NCBI GenBank assembly: GCA_902524285.1
Contig: CABZCR010000005.1
Location: 6,441 to 70,440, forward strand
Reading direction: 5' to 3'
Origin: an uncultured Pelagibacteraceae bacterium
GTDB taxonomy: Bacteria > Pseudomonadota > Alphaproteobacteria > Pelagibacterales > AG-422-B15
Length of the DNA stretch: 64,000 nt
The translations under genes and the position numbers were made by a program. Below are positions 29,724-37,553 of the stretch, piece after piece. The notes under the pieces are model-generated. The model was not told the origin of the DNA and ran no database searches. It saw only the letters and a list, made by a program, of their open reading frames with translations. Position 1 is the first letter of the stretch; the number at the start of each line of letters is the position of its first letter.

Positions 29724-30110
29724 TTATTTACAGATACCTCTATCAACTATTTGGCTTTCTGCACCAAGTTCCTTTAACATAATTGATACTTCGTACTCTT
29801 TTGATTTATTATCAATTTTCATAAAGAAATAAGATAATTTCTCCTCAATTGACAAAGCCCAAAAGTCTCCGACCTTGGGACCGTGATATTCTAAATAGTT
29901 AACTTTCTCACCATCAATACTTGAATTGTGGTCACTGACTCCAAGTAACGCCCTGTAAGAACCTTCCTCTATGGGAATATAAGCTGGATCTAAAATCACA
30001 AGGTATTTTGAATCACTATCATCAGAAATACAAAATAATTCCTTTTCAAAACTTGCATTAGCTACAGTCGTAAAACCTAATATGATTAATATGGAGAGTA
30101 GGTGTTTCAT
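29724..30110 (-). CDS. Secreted hypothetical protein (cassette cargo)
   Basis: Start moved to MKHLLSILIILGFTTVANA signal peptide at 30110. Confidence 0.7.
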   Translation of the reverse strand: MKHLLSILIILGFTTVANASFEKELFCISDDSDSKYLVILDPAYIPIEEGSYRALLGVSDHNSSIDGEKVNYLEYHGPKVGDFWALSIEEKLSYFFMKIDNKSKEYEVSIMLKELGAESQIVDRGICK

Positions 30111-30703
30111 TCTTCTATAAGCCAGTTTCGTCAACTAGACATCCATTGTCATACTTTTTTGATCTATAAGATATTCGAATAGACTGGATATCTTCTTTAT
30201 TATCGTAATCTAAACTACCACTTAAAAAAATATTATATTTTTCATAATCAATACTAAGAGATCTAATTAAATGTTCATCTACATATTCGTCACTTTTAAT
30301 ATTTCCTAGGTCACCATATTTTTCAATTAGCTTAGAAGCCAGATTATTATAAACTTCATTTAAATTTATTAATATTTCTGCAGACTCTTCCCCATTGGTG
30401 CTACTCGCTGAAACACTTTCAATTCTTCCATCATTACAGGCAGTTGTAATCGAATACTGGATAAAATGTTTGTTTGGTTCAGGCGGGCTTACTTCAAACA
30501 CCATTCGATTCATTTTATCGGGATATTCGTCTTCTAACTTACTAAATCCAAATTTATTTCCATCTTCATCTTGATAGTGGTAAATTAGATCATTTAATGT
30601 AATGCCAAATGGCGTTAAAATAATATTTGCTTTAGGCGCATCCGAGATTGCAGCTGTCATCAGACCTAACAAGATTAATATGGAGAGTAGGTGTTTCATT
30701 CTT
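30084..30703 (-). repeat. 31-bp exact direct repeat covering two gene starts (30084-30114 and 30673-30703)
   Basis: gattaatatggagagtaggtgtttcattctt occurs twice. Confidence 0.9.
30115..30699 (-). CDS. Secreted hypothetical protein (cassette cargo)
   Basis: MKHLLSILILLGL signal peptide; acidic mature part. Confidence 0.7.
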   Translation of the reverse strand: MKHLLSILILLGLMTAAISDAPKANIILTPFGITLNDLIYHYQDEDGNKFGFSKLEDEYPDKMNRMVFEVSPPEPNKHFIQYSITTACNDGRIESVSASSTNGEESAEILINLNEVYNNLASKLIEKYGDLGNIKSDEYVDEHLIRSLSIDYEKYNIFLSGSLDYDNKEDIQSIRISYRSKKYDNGCLVDETGL

Positions 30704-30962
30704 TTTCATACTTACGTTTAATGACTTCAATATCTGATTTAATGGCGTCTAAATCGTTTTTTATATCAACAACATCTTCGCCGCTAATACTTTTAGATAT
30801 CTCTTCCAATCGATCTGATTGATACATCATCATTGCCGTATGTCGATCATCAGCGGTAATGATTGCGGCTCTCGTAGTAAGCAAGAACCATATAACCACA
30901 ACCATAAAAATAATTATGATCAATTCAAAATAGTTGGAAATAAAGTCCATAATAAATTCCAT
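30696..30962 (-). CDS. Small TM plus coiled-coil protein (cassette cargo)
   Basis: N-terminal TM, heptad-like C-terminus; ATGA overlap with the next gene. Confidence 0.7.
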   Translation of the reverse strand: MEFIMDFISNYFELIIIIFMVVVIWFLLTTRAAIITADDRHTAMMMYQSDRLEEISKSISGEDVVDIKNDLDAIKSDIEVIKRKYEKE

Positions 30963-31091
30963 TTCAAAATCTTACAGCACATAGTTTAAAAGGCAATTTC
31001 GTTTACAACCCCCCTATATATACAGTTAACCCCCGTATTTTAGATTGATGGGTTAGGTTGTTCAAAACCCCCTATGTGCTAATATTTCAAT
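30963..31091. promoter_or_regulatory. Divergent sigma70-like promoters, probably leaderless
   Basis: Minus: TTGCCT-16-TAAGAT-6-ATG; plus: TTGTTC-16-TAATAT-6-ATG; both spacers contain ctatgtgc. Confidence 0.6.
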
Positions 31092-31370
31092 ATGAAGAAT
31101 GTAAAGTGGGAAAATACCAAGACAGTTATAGCATTAGTAATCTTTGTATTGATAATCATTGCAATTGGTCTTTCTCTTTACCCTGATACAAACGAAGGTA
31201 GAAATGACCTTCAACAAATAGGTACTGCCATTGCTGAATACTCGATAGGTGATGTTATAAAGTTGGTATGGAATTTTCCAATGAGTATCATCCTCCTAAC
31301 TTTTTTGGCTTGGTATTTACTTTGGCCTAGGGGTTTATTTAGATTTAAGAAGGAGAGTAAAAATGACTGA
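31092..31370 (+). CDS. Small 2-TM protein (cassette cargo)
   Basis: Two hydrophobic helices. Confidence 0.65.
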   Translation: MKNVKWENTKTVIALVIFVLIIIAIGLSLYPDTNEGRNDLQQIGTAIAEYSIGDVIKLVWNFPMSIILLTFLAWYLLWPRGLFRFKKESKND

Positions 31371-31602
31371 CTTAGTTTTGGTAGGTTTTATCGTTATCTC
31401 AATTATTTTGATTGCTGGTATATATCTTATACGTGATGCAATCGGACAAGTTGTTGAAAATCAAGTTCCAATAACACAAAACCAACTAATTTTAATAGGT
31501 AAACTTAAAAGGATTGAAGACTCTATTTACAGCGTACAAAGCAATATCAAGGAAATAAAAAGTCTTACAGATGATATTGAGCGTAATCAAAGAAGTTTGT
31601 AA
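31363..31602 (+). CDS. Small TM plus coiled-coil protein (cassette cargo)
   Basis: aaggag RBS; TM followed by heptad repeat. Confidence 0.7.
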   Translation: MTDLVLVGFIVISIILIAGIYLIRDAIGQVVENQVPITQNQLILIGKLKRIEDSIYSVQSNIKEIKSLTDDIERNQRSL

Positions 31603-31611
31603 AGTAACGTT

Positions 31612-31809
31612 ATGAAAACATTTTTGTTCAGACTATCTAGACTAATAAGCGTGATTATGTTTCTACTAATATTATTAATATTTATTGGATTTATTAACAA
31701 AGGGATTACTCTTTTTGGTGTTTTTACTATTAGTTTAATACTCTTGCTGCCAATATTAATCTTTAATTGGGTTTGTTTTGGCAAAATATCAATTTGGATT
31801 AACAAATGA
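31612..31809 (+). CDS. Small 2-TM protein (cassette cargo)
   Basis: Hydrophobic; ...FNWVCFGKISIW end. Confidence 0.6.
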   Translation: MKTFLFRLSRLISVIMFLLILLIFIGFINKGITLFGVFTISLILLLPILIFNWVCFGKISIWINK

Positions 31810-32054
31810 GCTTTAAAGAAATATTCGATGCTATTGGTAACGCGTTCAGAGAAGTGGGAGAGTTAATAAGTCTTTTGGGAAGTTTTTTATGGAACTCACC
31901 GTGGTACTTTACAGCTTTATTTATTTTGACAGTGATATTTGGGACAGCATTATTTACCTCTAGTGATGAACATTGGTCGACTAGACTATTAATAGCTGTT
32001 TTCTTTTTAGCTTCAGGTTATGGAACTATTAGTTATTGGCCTTCAGTATCATAG
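31806..32054 (+). CDS. Small membrane protein (cassette cargo)
   Basis: ATGA overlap with the previous gene; hydrophobic. Confidence 0.6.
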   Translation: MSFKEIFDAIGNAFREVGELISLLGSFLWNSPWYFTALFILTVIFGTALFTSSDEHWSTRLLIAVFFLASGYGTISYWPSVS

Positions 32055-32123
32055 TCAAGTGTCACAACTGCCATATAATCTTACTTAACTTATATAACTG
32101 AAAAATTGAATTTATTTGACGTT

Positions 32124-32250
32124 TAGGACCCGAACTAGGCCCGAATTAAATAATAAGTAATTGATATTATTTACAAAATTAAAAAAGACACAAAAAGTAG
32201 GGGTTAAAAGTTGAGTCTTATCAATGGGTTAGAGGATTTTACTCCCCCAT
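32124..32250 (-). repeat. Left end of cassette B: tandem arm-type repeats, two IHF-consensus sites, left-arm block and core
   Basis: taggacccgaac-taggcccgaa (32124-32145); WATCAANNNNTTR matches at 32154-32166 (minus) and 32219-32231 (plus). Confidence 0.75.
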
Positions 32251-32997
32251 GTAAGCTTGCTTAACATCAGCGTTATTTTTAATTTCCTCAGGTAGACCAG
32301 ATGCAAGTATCTTACCGTAATTAAGCGCAAGTATACGATCTGAAACTTTATTTACAAAACTCATGTCGTGTTCAATCATAATTATGGTAATTCCTAATAA
32401 AGATTGAATATCCTTTATCCAAAAGCCAAGATCAATTGTTTCCTCATTTGTTAATCCTGATGACGGTTCATCTAATAGAAGTAATTTTGGATCAGTGCAA
32501 AGAGCTCTTGCAAGCTCAACATTTTTGCGAACACCGTAGGGAAGGCCGTTTATAAGAGTATCTCGGTAATGCTGAAGGTCTAGGAAGTCAATTACTTCTT
32601 CAACTTTGAGCCTGTATTCATGTTCTTGCTTGCGGGCACTGGGTGTAAAAAATACCTCAGATAAAATATTCGTTTTTTTATAAATGTGTCGTCCAAGAAG
32701 TAAATTCTGTAGAACAGTTGCATTTTCAAATAATTCTAAATTTTGAAACGTTCTTGCTATTCCAAGCTTTGATATATTGTGAGGCTTAGTTTTTGAGATG
32801 TTTTGATTTTCAAAATATATCTCACCTTTGCTTGGCTCATAGATTCTGCTTATGACATTGAAGAGTGTTGATTTACCTGCTCCGTTAGGACCAATTATTG
32901 TAAATATTTCACCTTTATCGACACCAAACGATACATCATTAAGGGCTTTTACTCCTCCAAATGCTACAGTGATATTTTTTACTTCAAACAAACTCAT
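32239..32997 (-). CDS. livG: LIV-type ABC ATPase (LivG-like); its 3' end is the cassette target
   Basis: GPNGAGKST, GIARTFQN and LLLDEP motifs; ends VKQAYMGE. Confidence 0.9.
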   Translation of the reverse strand: MSLFEVKNITVAFGGVKALNDVSFGVDKGEIFTIIGPNGAGKSTLFNVISRIYEPSKGEIYFENQNISKTKPHNISKLGIARTFQNLELFENATVLQNLLLGRHIYKKTNILSEVFFTPSARKQEHEYRLKVEEVIDFLDLQHYRDTLINGLPYGVRKNVELARALCTDPKLLLLDEPSSGLTNEETIDLGFWIKDIQSLLGITIIMIEHDMSFVNKVSDRILALNYGKILASGLPEEIKNNADVKQAYMGE

Positions 32998-34070
32998 TAT
33001 ACTCGGTCCGATTTAGTAAATACTTTTTGTTTTTTAAATGTTTGTCTTTTGTAAGTAGGAAACAGTTCAAAGAATAATTTTATTTTCATCCATCTTCCAT
33101 AAATCCCAAGTGGTTCATATAAAATGAAGAATACAAGTATTAATCCAAACAACATTGGCTCAAGACCTGGCTGTGAGCCAATAGAACTTGGTAAATAGTC
33201 ACGACAGATGGCAATTAATTGCGGTAAGAAGCCAACGAATATCGCTCCAAACACTGTTCCATGTAAACTTCCCATACCACCAACAACGATAAGTAAAAGT
33301 AACGTTAAAGATAAAAAGATATTAAATATATCTGGAGCTAAGTAACCAATGTAATGAGCAAGTAATGCACCTGCTAATCCAGTAAAAGCACCAGAAATAG
33401 CAAATGATAAAGCTTTATAGAGACCTAAGTTAACGCCTAAACTTTGTGCTGCAATTTCACTGTCTCGAATAGCAACAAACGCTCTCCCAGTTGGAGATCT
33501 GAGTATATTGATTGCCGCAAACATCGCTGCAATAAGAAAGACAAGGCAGACATAATAAAAGAAAACACTGTCATAGAAGCTCATACCCAAGAATTCTGGT
33601 TGAGGCACAGGCAACCCTCTGTTGCCACCTGTAAAGTGTTCCCATTTTATAAAAACATGTTCCGCAATAAAGCCTAAGGCTAATGTTGCGATAGCTAAAT
33701 ACATCCCTGTTAAGCGTAGGATTGGTATTCCAATTGCTGCACCTACTAGAAATGAAACAACTATTACGATAGGAATTGAAGCATAAAAAGGTATTCCATT
33801 CGTAAGTAAGAAGGCATGAGTATAAGCGCCAACTCCTAAAAACGCGGCATGACCTAAGGATGCAAGACCTGTGTATCCAGATAATATCATTAAACCAATA
33901 CCAGCAATGGATAGAATGCAAATATATGAGATTTCACCTAAGTAAAAATCATTTAATACAAGCGGTAACGCGACCATGATTAATATAAGCAGTGAATACC
34001 AAAAACGATCACCGTTATGTTTTGCAATATTTATATCTTGCGAATATTTAGTTTTAAAAATAAATCTCAT
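32997..34070 (-). CDS. livM: LIV-type ABC permease (LivM-like)
   Basis: GYTGLASLGHAAF and GRAFVAIRDSEIAA motifs. Confidence 0.9.
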   Translation of the reverse strand: MRFIFKTKYSQDINIAKHNGDRFWYSLLILIMVALPLVLNDFYLGEISYICILSIAGIGLMILSGYTGLASLGHAAFLGVGAYTHAFLLTNGIPFYASIPIVIVVSFLVGAAIGIPILRLTGMYLAIATLALGFIAEHVFIKWEHFTGGNRGLPVPQPEFLGMSFYDSVFFYYVCLVFLIAAMFAAINILRSPTGRAFVAIRDSEIAAQSLGVNLGLYKALSFAISGAFTGLAGALLAHYIGYLAPDIFNIFLSLTLLLLIVVGGMGSLHGTVFGAIFVGFLPQLIAICRDYLPSSIGSQPGLEPMLFGLILVFFILYEPLGIYGRWMKIKLFFELFPTYKRQTFKKQKVFTKSDRV

Positions 34071-34951
34071 TAAACTTTTTTGACCTCAGCTTTATCTGAG
34101 AACAAACCTCTTGGATAAATAATTAATGTTAGGATAAGAACGAGGTAAGCAGATATTTCTCTCACTCCCTCAAACAAATAATTTTCGTAAGTTCCACATA
34201 ATTGTTCGACAATACCTATTATAATGCCTCCAACAATTGCTCCAGGTATTGATCCAAATCCTCCTAGAACAGCTGCAGCAAAAGCTTTTAAACCAATCAA
34301 TGATATTGATGTGTCAACCAAAGTAATTGGTGCGAGAAGCACACCCGCGACTGCGGCAACTCCTGCAGAAATTGACCATATTAATGAAAATATAAATTTA
34401 ACCGGTATTCCCATATAGTAAGCCGCTAATTGGTTTTCAGAAGATGCCCTCATTGCCACACCAATTTTTGAAAATGTAAAAAAGAAATAAAGTGCAGACA
34501 TTAAAACTGCAGTTCCGACAATTATAGAGAGGTTTACATATGAAATTATAAGACCGTTAAACTCAGTTATCTTTCCAGAGAAGGGAGTACTGAATGAAAA
34601 TATATCAGTTCCCCAATAAATTGATGCAAAGCCTCTAAAAATAAAACCTAAGCCGATAGTTAGCATCACAGTTGCGAACGCAGGCTGTCCAATAATCTGC
34701 CTTACTACAACGGCATCAAGGAAAAATCCAAAAACAGCAATTATTAAAACTGTAAGAGCAAAACCTGTGAGGTAATCCATGCCTAAAATACCAATGAGTG
34801 AGTATGCAACAAAGGCACCAAGCATAAGAATATCGCCTTGAGCAAAATTAATGGTTTCTGTTGCTTTGTAAATTAATACAAATCCTAAAGCTACTAAGCC
34901 ATAGATGCAGCCGGACGCGATTCCATCAATTAATAATTGAATCAATTGCAT
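34070..34951 (-). CDS. livH: LIV-type ABC permease (LivH-like)
   Basis: YGLVALGFVLIYK...INFAQG and LGGFGSIPGA motifs. Confidence 0.9.
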   Translation of the reverse strand: MQLIQLLIDGIASGCIYGLVALGFVLIYKATETINFAQGDILMLGAFVAYSLIGILGMDYLTGFALTVLIIAVFGFFLDAVVVRQIIGQPAFATVMLTIGLGFIFRGFASIYWGTDIFSFSTPFSGKITEFNGLIISYVNLSIIVGTAVLMSALYFFFTFSKIGVAMRASSENQLAAYYMGIPVKFIFSLIWSISAGVAAVAGVLLAPITLVDTSISLIGLKAFAAAVLGGFGSIPGAIVGGIIIGIVEQLCGTYENYLFEGVREISAYLVLILTLIIYPRGLFSDKAEVKKV

Positions 34952-35121
34952 ATATTATTTTCCTCAACCAATACTTTAATTATAAAGTTTGCGATTATGA
35001 AATATACATTAAATTAGAAGAAGAAGTTATAAAAATTATCCTGTTTTTTCTTAAAATTTAACTTTCTTTTCATGCATCACGTTTTAGAGTTTCTGAAGTT
35101 TAAAATTTAAAGGGGATTTTT

Positions 35122-35937
35122 ATGTTTAAAACTGATGACAGGTTAGTCCAAATTTGTCTTGGGATTTGTTATTTTATTGCGGCCATGTATGCCATGATAA
35201 ATTTCTTTAATCCTGATTACTTAATAGACAGATATGGAACTCTTGATGCCACTGATACTAATAGGTTTTTCTTAGGTTGGTATGGCATGATGAACTTCGG
35301 ATTTGTGGCCGGATTAATTTATATGGGTTATAAAGGATTGGATCGAGCATTCTTCACTTACGCAGTACCTTTAGCAATACTTTTCCTTATTTGGGGTGTC
35401 AGTGGCCAAATGGCTGCCGATGAAAGTGATCAAAATTACACTGCAGTAGGATTTTTTGTAATTCAATTGATCGCGATTATTGTTGCGAGAGCTAGAGCAT
35501 TTGGAATGAATTTTGATTTCACCAAAGCTGATAACATGTGGGGAACTAGCGATAAATTGTGTCAAACGATCTTATGGCTTGGTCTGGCAACACAAGCATT
35601 TTTTGTAGTGGGATATTTTATCAATCCATCACAATTAATTACTGATACACCAGGATTAGAACTAAATGAAGTTTCTCAGAGGTTTGCTACTGGTGTTATG
35701 TATTTCTCTATAGCATGGACAATTGCCTTATTGTACCAGTTAAGGACGGGTTACAGCATGAGTTTAATTGTAACTGGATTAATTACTTCAATAATGTTCT
35801 TTGCCGTCTTTTTAAATTTTGCTGCTGCTGGATTAACATCAGCGGGTGGAGAAATGAATACACTACTTGTGTCAGCAATAATCGGTAACTTTGTCGGATC
35901 GTTAATTTTATTTTTCCGACTACAAGGAAATCATTAG
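35122..35937 (+). CDS. Hypothetical ~8-TM protein with internal duplication
   Basis: Two similar ~135-aa halves; purine-rich RBS. Confidence 0.75.
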   Translation: MFKTDDRLVQICLGICYFIAAMYAMINFFNPDYLIDRYGTLDATDTNRFFLGWYGMMNFGFVAGLIYMGYKGLDRAFFTYAVPLAILFLIWGVSGQMAADESDQNYTAVGFFVIQLIAIIVARARAFGMNFDFTKADNMWGTSDKLCQTILWLGLATQAFFVVGYFINPSQLITDTPGLELNEVSQRFATGVMYFSIAWTIALLYQLRTGYSMSLIVTGLITSIMFFAVFLNFAAAGLTSAGGEMNTLLVSAIIGNFVGSLILFFRLQGNH

Positions 35938-35945
35938 GAGGTTTT

Positions 35946-36368
35946 ATGATAAAATTAGAAGATAGACCATCAGTAATTATACTTAGCATAATAACTTTTA
36001 TTGCAATCTTTTATGCTTTTATGTTTTTAGGTGATAACACCGCAAGTGCATTTATGGAAAGAACAGGTGGATCAACGCCTAACGAGGGAACCATGTTCTT
36101 TATGGGAACTGTTGGCTTTATTTATATTGGTATTGCTATTGGCAATGTAATGGCCATGATGGCTCCCGCTAGTCAATCGATGGTATTTTTCAGAGCAATG
36201 GCACTTGTTTCATTTATTGCTGCCCTTAGAGCAATAGGAAATACAATTATTGCCGACGAGATACTTACCTATGCCCCTCTAATAGCGACAATACTTGTCT
36301 ATGTTGGATATGCAGTTGTAATGTCGAGGTGCAAAGCCCGCATTGGAACTCATTTTGGTTGGCTATAA
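35946..36368 (+). CDS. Hypothetical ~4-TM protein
   Basis: aggagg RBS; resembles one half of the preceding protein. Confidence 0.75.
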   Translation: MIKLEDRPSVIILSIITFIAIFYAFMFLGDNTASAFMERTGGSTPNEGTMFFMGTVGFIYIGIAIGNVMAMMAPASQSMVFFRAMALVSFIAALRAIGNTIIADEILTYAPLIATILVYVGYAVVMSRCKARIGTHFGWL

Positions 36369-36379
36369 TTCTCTTTGAA

Positions 36380-36407
36380 GAGAGGGCTTCTTAACGGAAG
36401 CTCTCTC
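36380..36407. terminator. Terminator-like hairpin
   Basis: gagagggcttc/gaagctctctc stem just after the gene stop. Confidence 0.6.
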
Positions 36408-36513
36408 CGAAAAACATCTTTATTTTCCATAAGCTTCTTAGTTTAAACAATTCATATCTATGAATTTTTTTTATTTCATTTAACTTAATATACAAATTAC
36501 CCTAATTGAAATA

Positions 36514-36592
36514 AGAGAAGAACTTCCCCATTTATATTTGGAAGGGTGGAGGATTAAATGAGGAAGCTCAGTCTTCTGTCTAGTTACTCAAT
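36514..36592 (-). ncRNA. Candidate small RNA: 15-bp stem with C-rich anti-SD loop
   Basis: GAGCUUCCUCAUUUA/UAAAUGGGGAAGUUC fully paired only on the minus strand (2 G-U); loop AUCCUCCACCCUUCCAAAUA; ends uncertain. Confidence 0.45.
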
Positions 36593-36598
36593 GGTTAA

Positions 36599-36654
36599 AT
36601 TATAATTTTTAATTTTGTCATAAAAATTACAAGAATATTAAAATTTTATGACAG
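36599..36654 (-). promoter_or_regulatory. Pho-box array plus TATAAT facing the candidate sRNA
   Basis: Minus strand CTGTCAT-aaaa-TTTTAAT-attc-TTGTAAT-tttt-ATGACAA, 10 nt, TATAAT. Confidence 0.6.
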
Positions 36655-36670
36655 ATTTCTAGAAAGTATG

Positions 36671-36704
36671 GCTTAACAAATCTTTCATAAATTATTGGTA
36701 ATGT
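36671..36704 (+). promoter_or_regulatory. Pho-box-like promoter of plcP
   Basis: GCTTAAC-aaat-CTTTCAT, 10 nt, TAATGT. Confidence 0.5.
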
Positions 36705-36734
36705 AATGAAGATTGATTCTTTTTTACCAAATTT

Positions 36735-37553
36735 ATGGTCAACGAAAAAAATAATGTTATTCCTCTCTTAAAATATCGTTCCATATTTATTTCAGATATT
36801 CATTTAGGGTCAAAAGGCTGTCAAGCTGAACAGTTACTTGAGTTTTTAAAAAATACCAGATCAGATTACTTGTATTTAGTTGGAGATATTATAGATGGAT
36901 GGCGACTTAAAAATAGATGGCACTGGCCACAAAGCCACAGTGATGTAATACAAAAAATTCTAAGAAAAGCACGACATGGAACTAAAGTGTTTTATGTATC
37001 GGGAAATCACGATGAGCTTGTTAGAAAATTTGTGCCCATAACACTAGGCGATATTAGGGTAGTTAATGAAATCAAACATAGGACAGTAGATGGATCTGAA
37101 TATCTTGTACTGCATGGAGATAAATTTGACTCGATTATTAATATTGCACCATGGTTAGCCCATCTTGGCGCTAGCGCATACGATTTAGCGTTATGGCTAA
37201 ATAGAAGATTTAATCAGTTAAGATTATTGTTTGGTTTGAAATATTGGTCGCTTTCAAAGTATCTGAAATTAAAAGTAAAAAATGCTGTTTCTTATATTAA
37301 TAAGTACGAAGAAATAGTTGCAGGTTATGCAAAAAAGAAAGATCTAAAAGGAGTTATTTGTGGACATATTCATCACGCTTCACATCGAATAATAAATGGA
37401 GTTCATTACTATAATGATGGTGACTGGGTAGAAAACTGTTCTTTTATGGTAGAAAATTTTGATGGAACGATGGATATTCTTTTTTGGAAAGATATCGTTG
37501 AAAAGTATGAAATTTTGAACAAACATAAGGACTCCGTAAAGGTATTAAGTTAA
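36735..37553 (+). CDS. plcP: PlcP-type Mn-dependent phospholipase C (LpxH-like metallophosphoesterase)
   Basis: ISDIHLG, GDIIDGW, GNHD, HGD and CGHIH motifs; next to a glycosyltransferase under Pho boxes. Confidence 0.8.
   Translation: MVNEKNNVIPLLKYRSIFISDIHLGSKGCQAEQLLEFLKNTRSDYLYLVGDIIDGWRLKNRWHWPQSHSDVIQKILRKARHGTKVFYVSGNHDELVRKFVPITLGDIRVVNEIKHRTVDGSEYLVLHGDKFDSIINIAPWLAHLGASAYDLALWLNRRFNQLRLLFGLKYWSLSKYLKLKVKNAVSYINKYEEIVAGYAKKKDLKGVICGHIHHASHRIINGVHYYNDGDWVENCSFMVENFDGTMDILFWKDIVEKYEILNKHKDSVKVLS

Larger units (their letters stand above)
29571..32250. mobile_element. Cassette B (2680 bp), integrase-less integrated element
   Basis: Bounded by cores at 29563-29570 and 32243-32250; 16-bp cgaactaggcccgaat near both ends; two IHF-consensus sites. 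Confidence 0.8.

Noticed and set aside
27980-32259. CRISPR array or IS element as the explanation of the repeats
   Set aside because: Spacing is 1.6-2.7 kb with genes between; no cas or transposase gene and no terminal inverted repeats.
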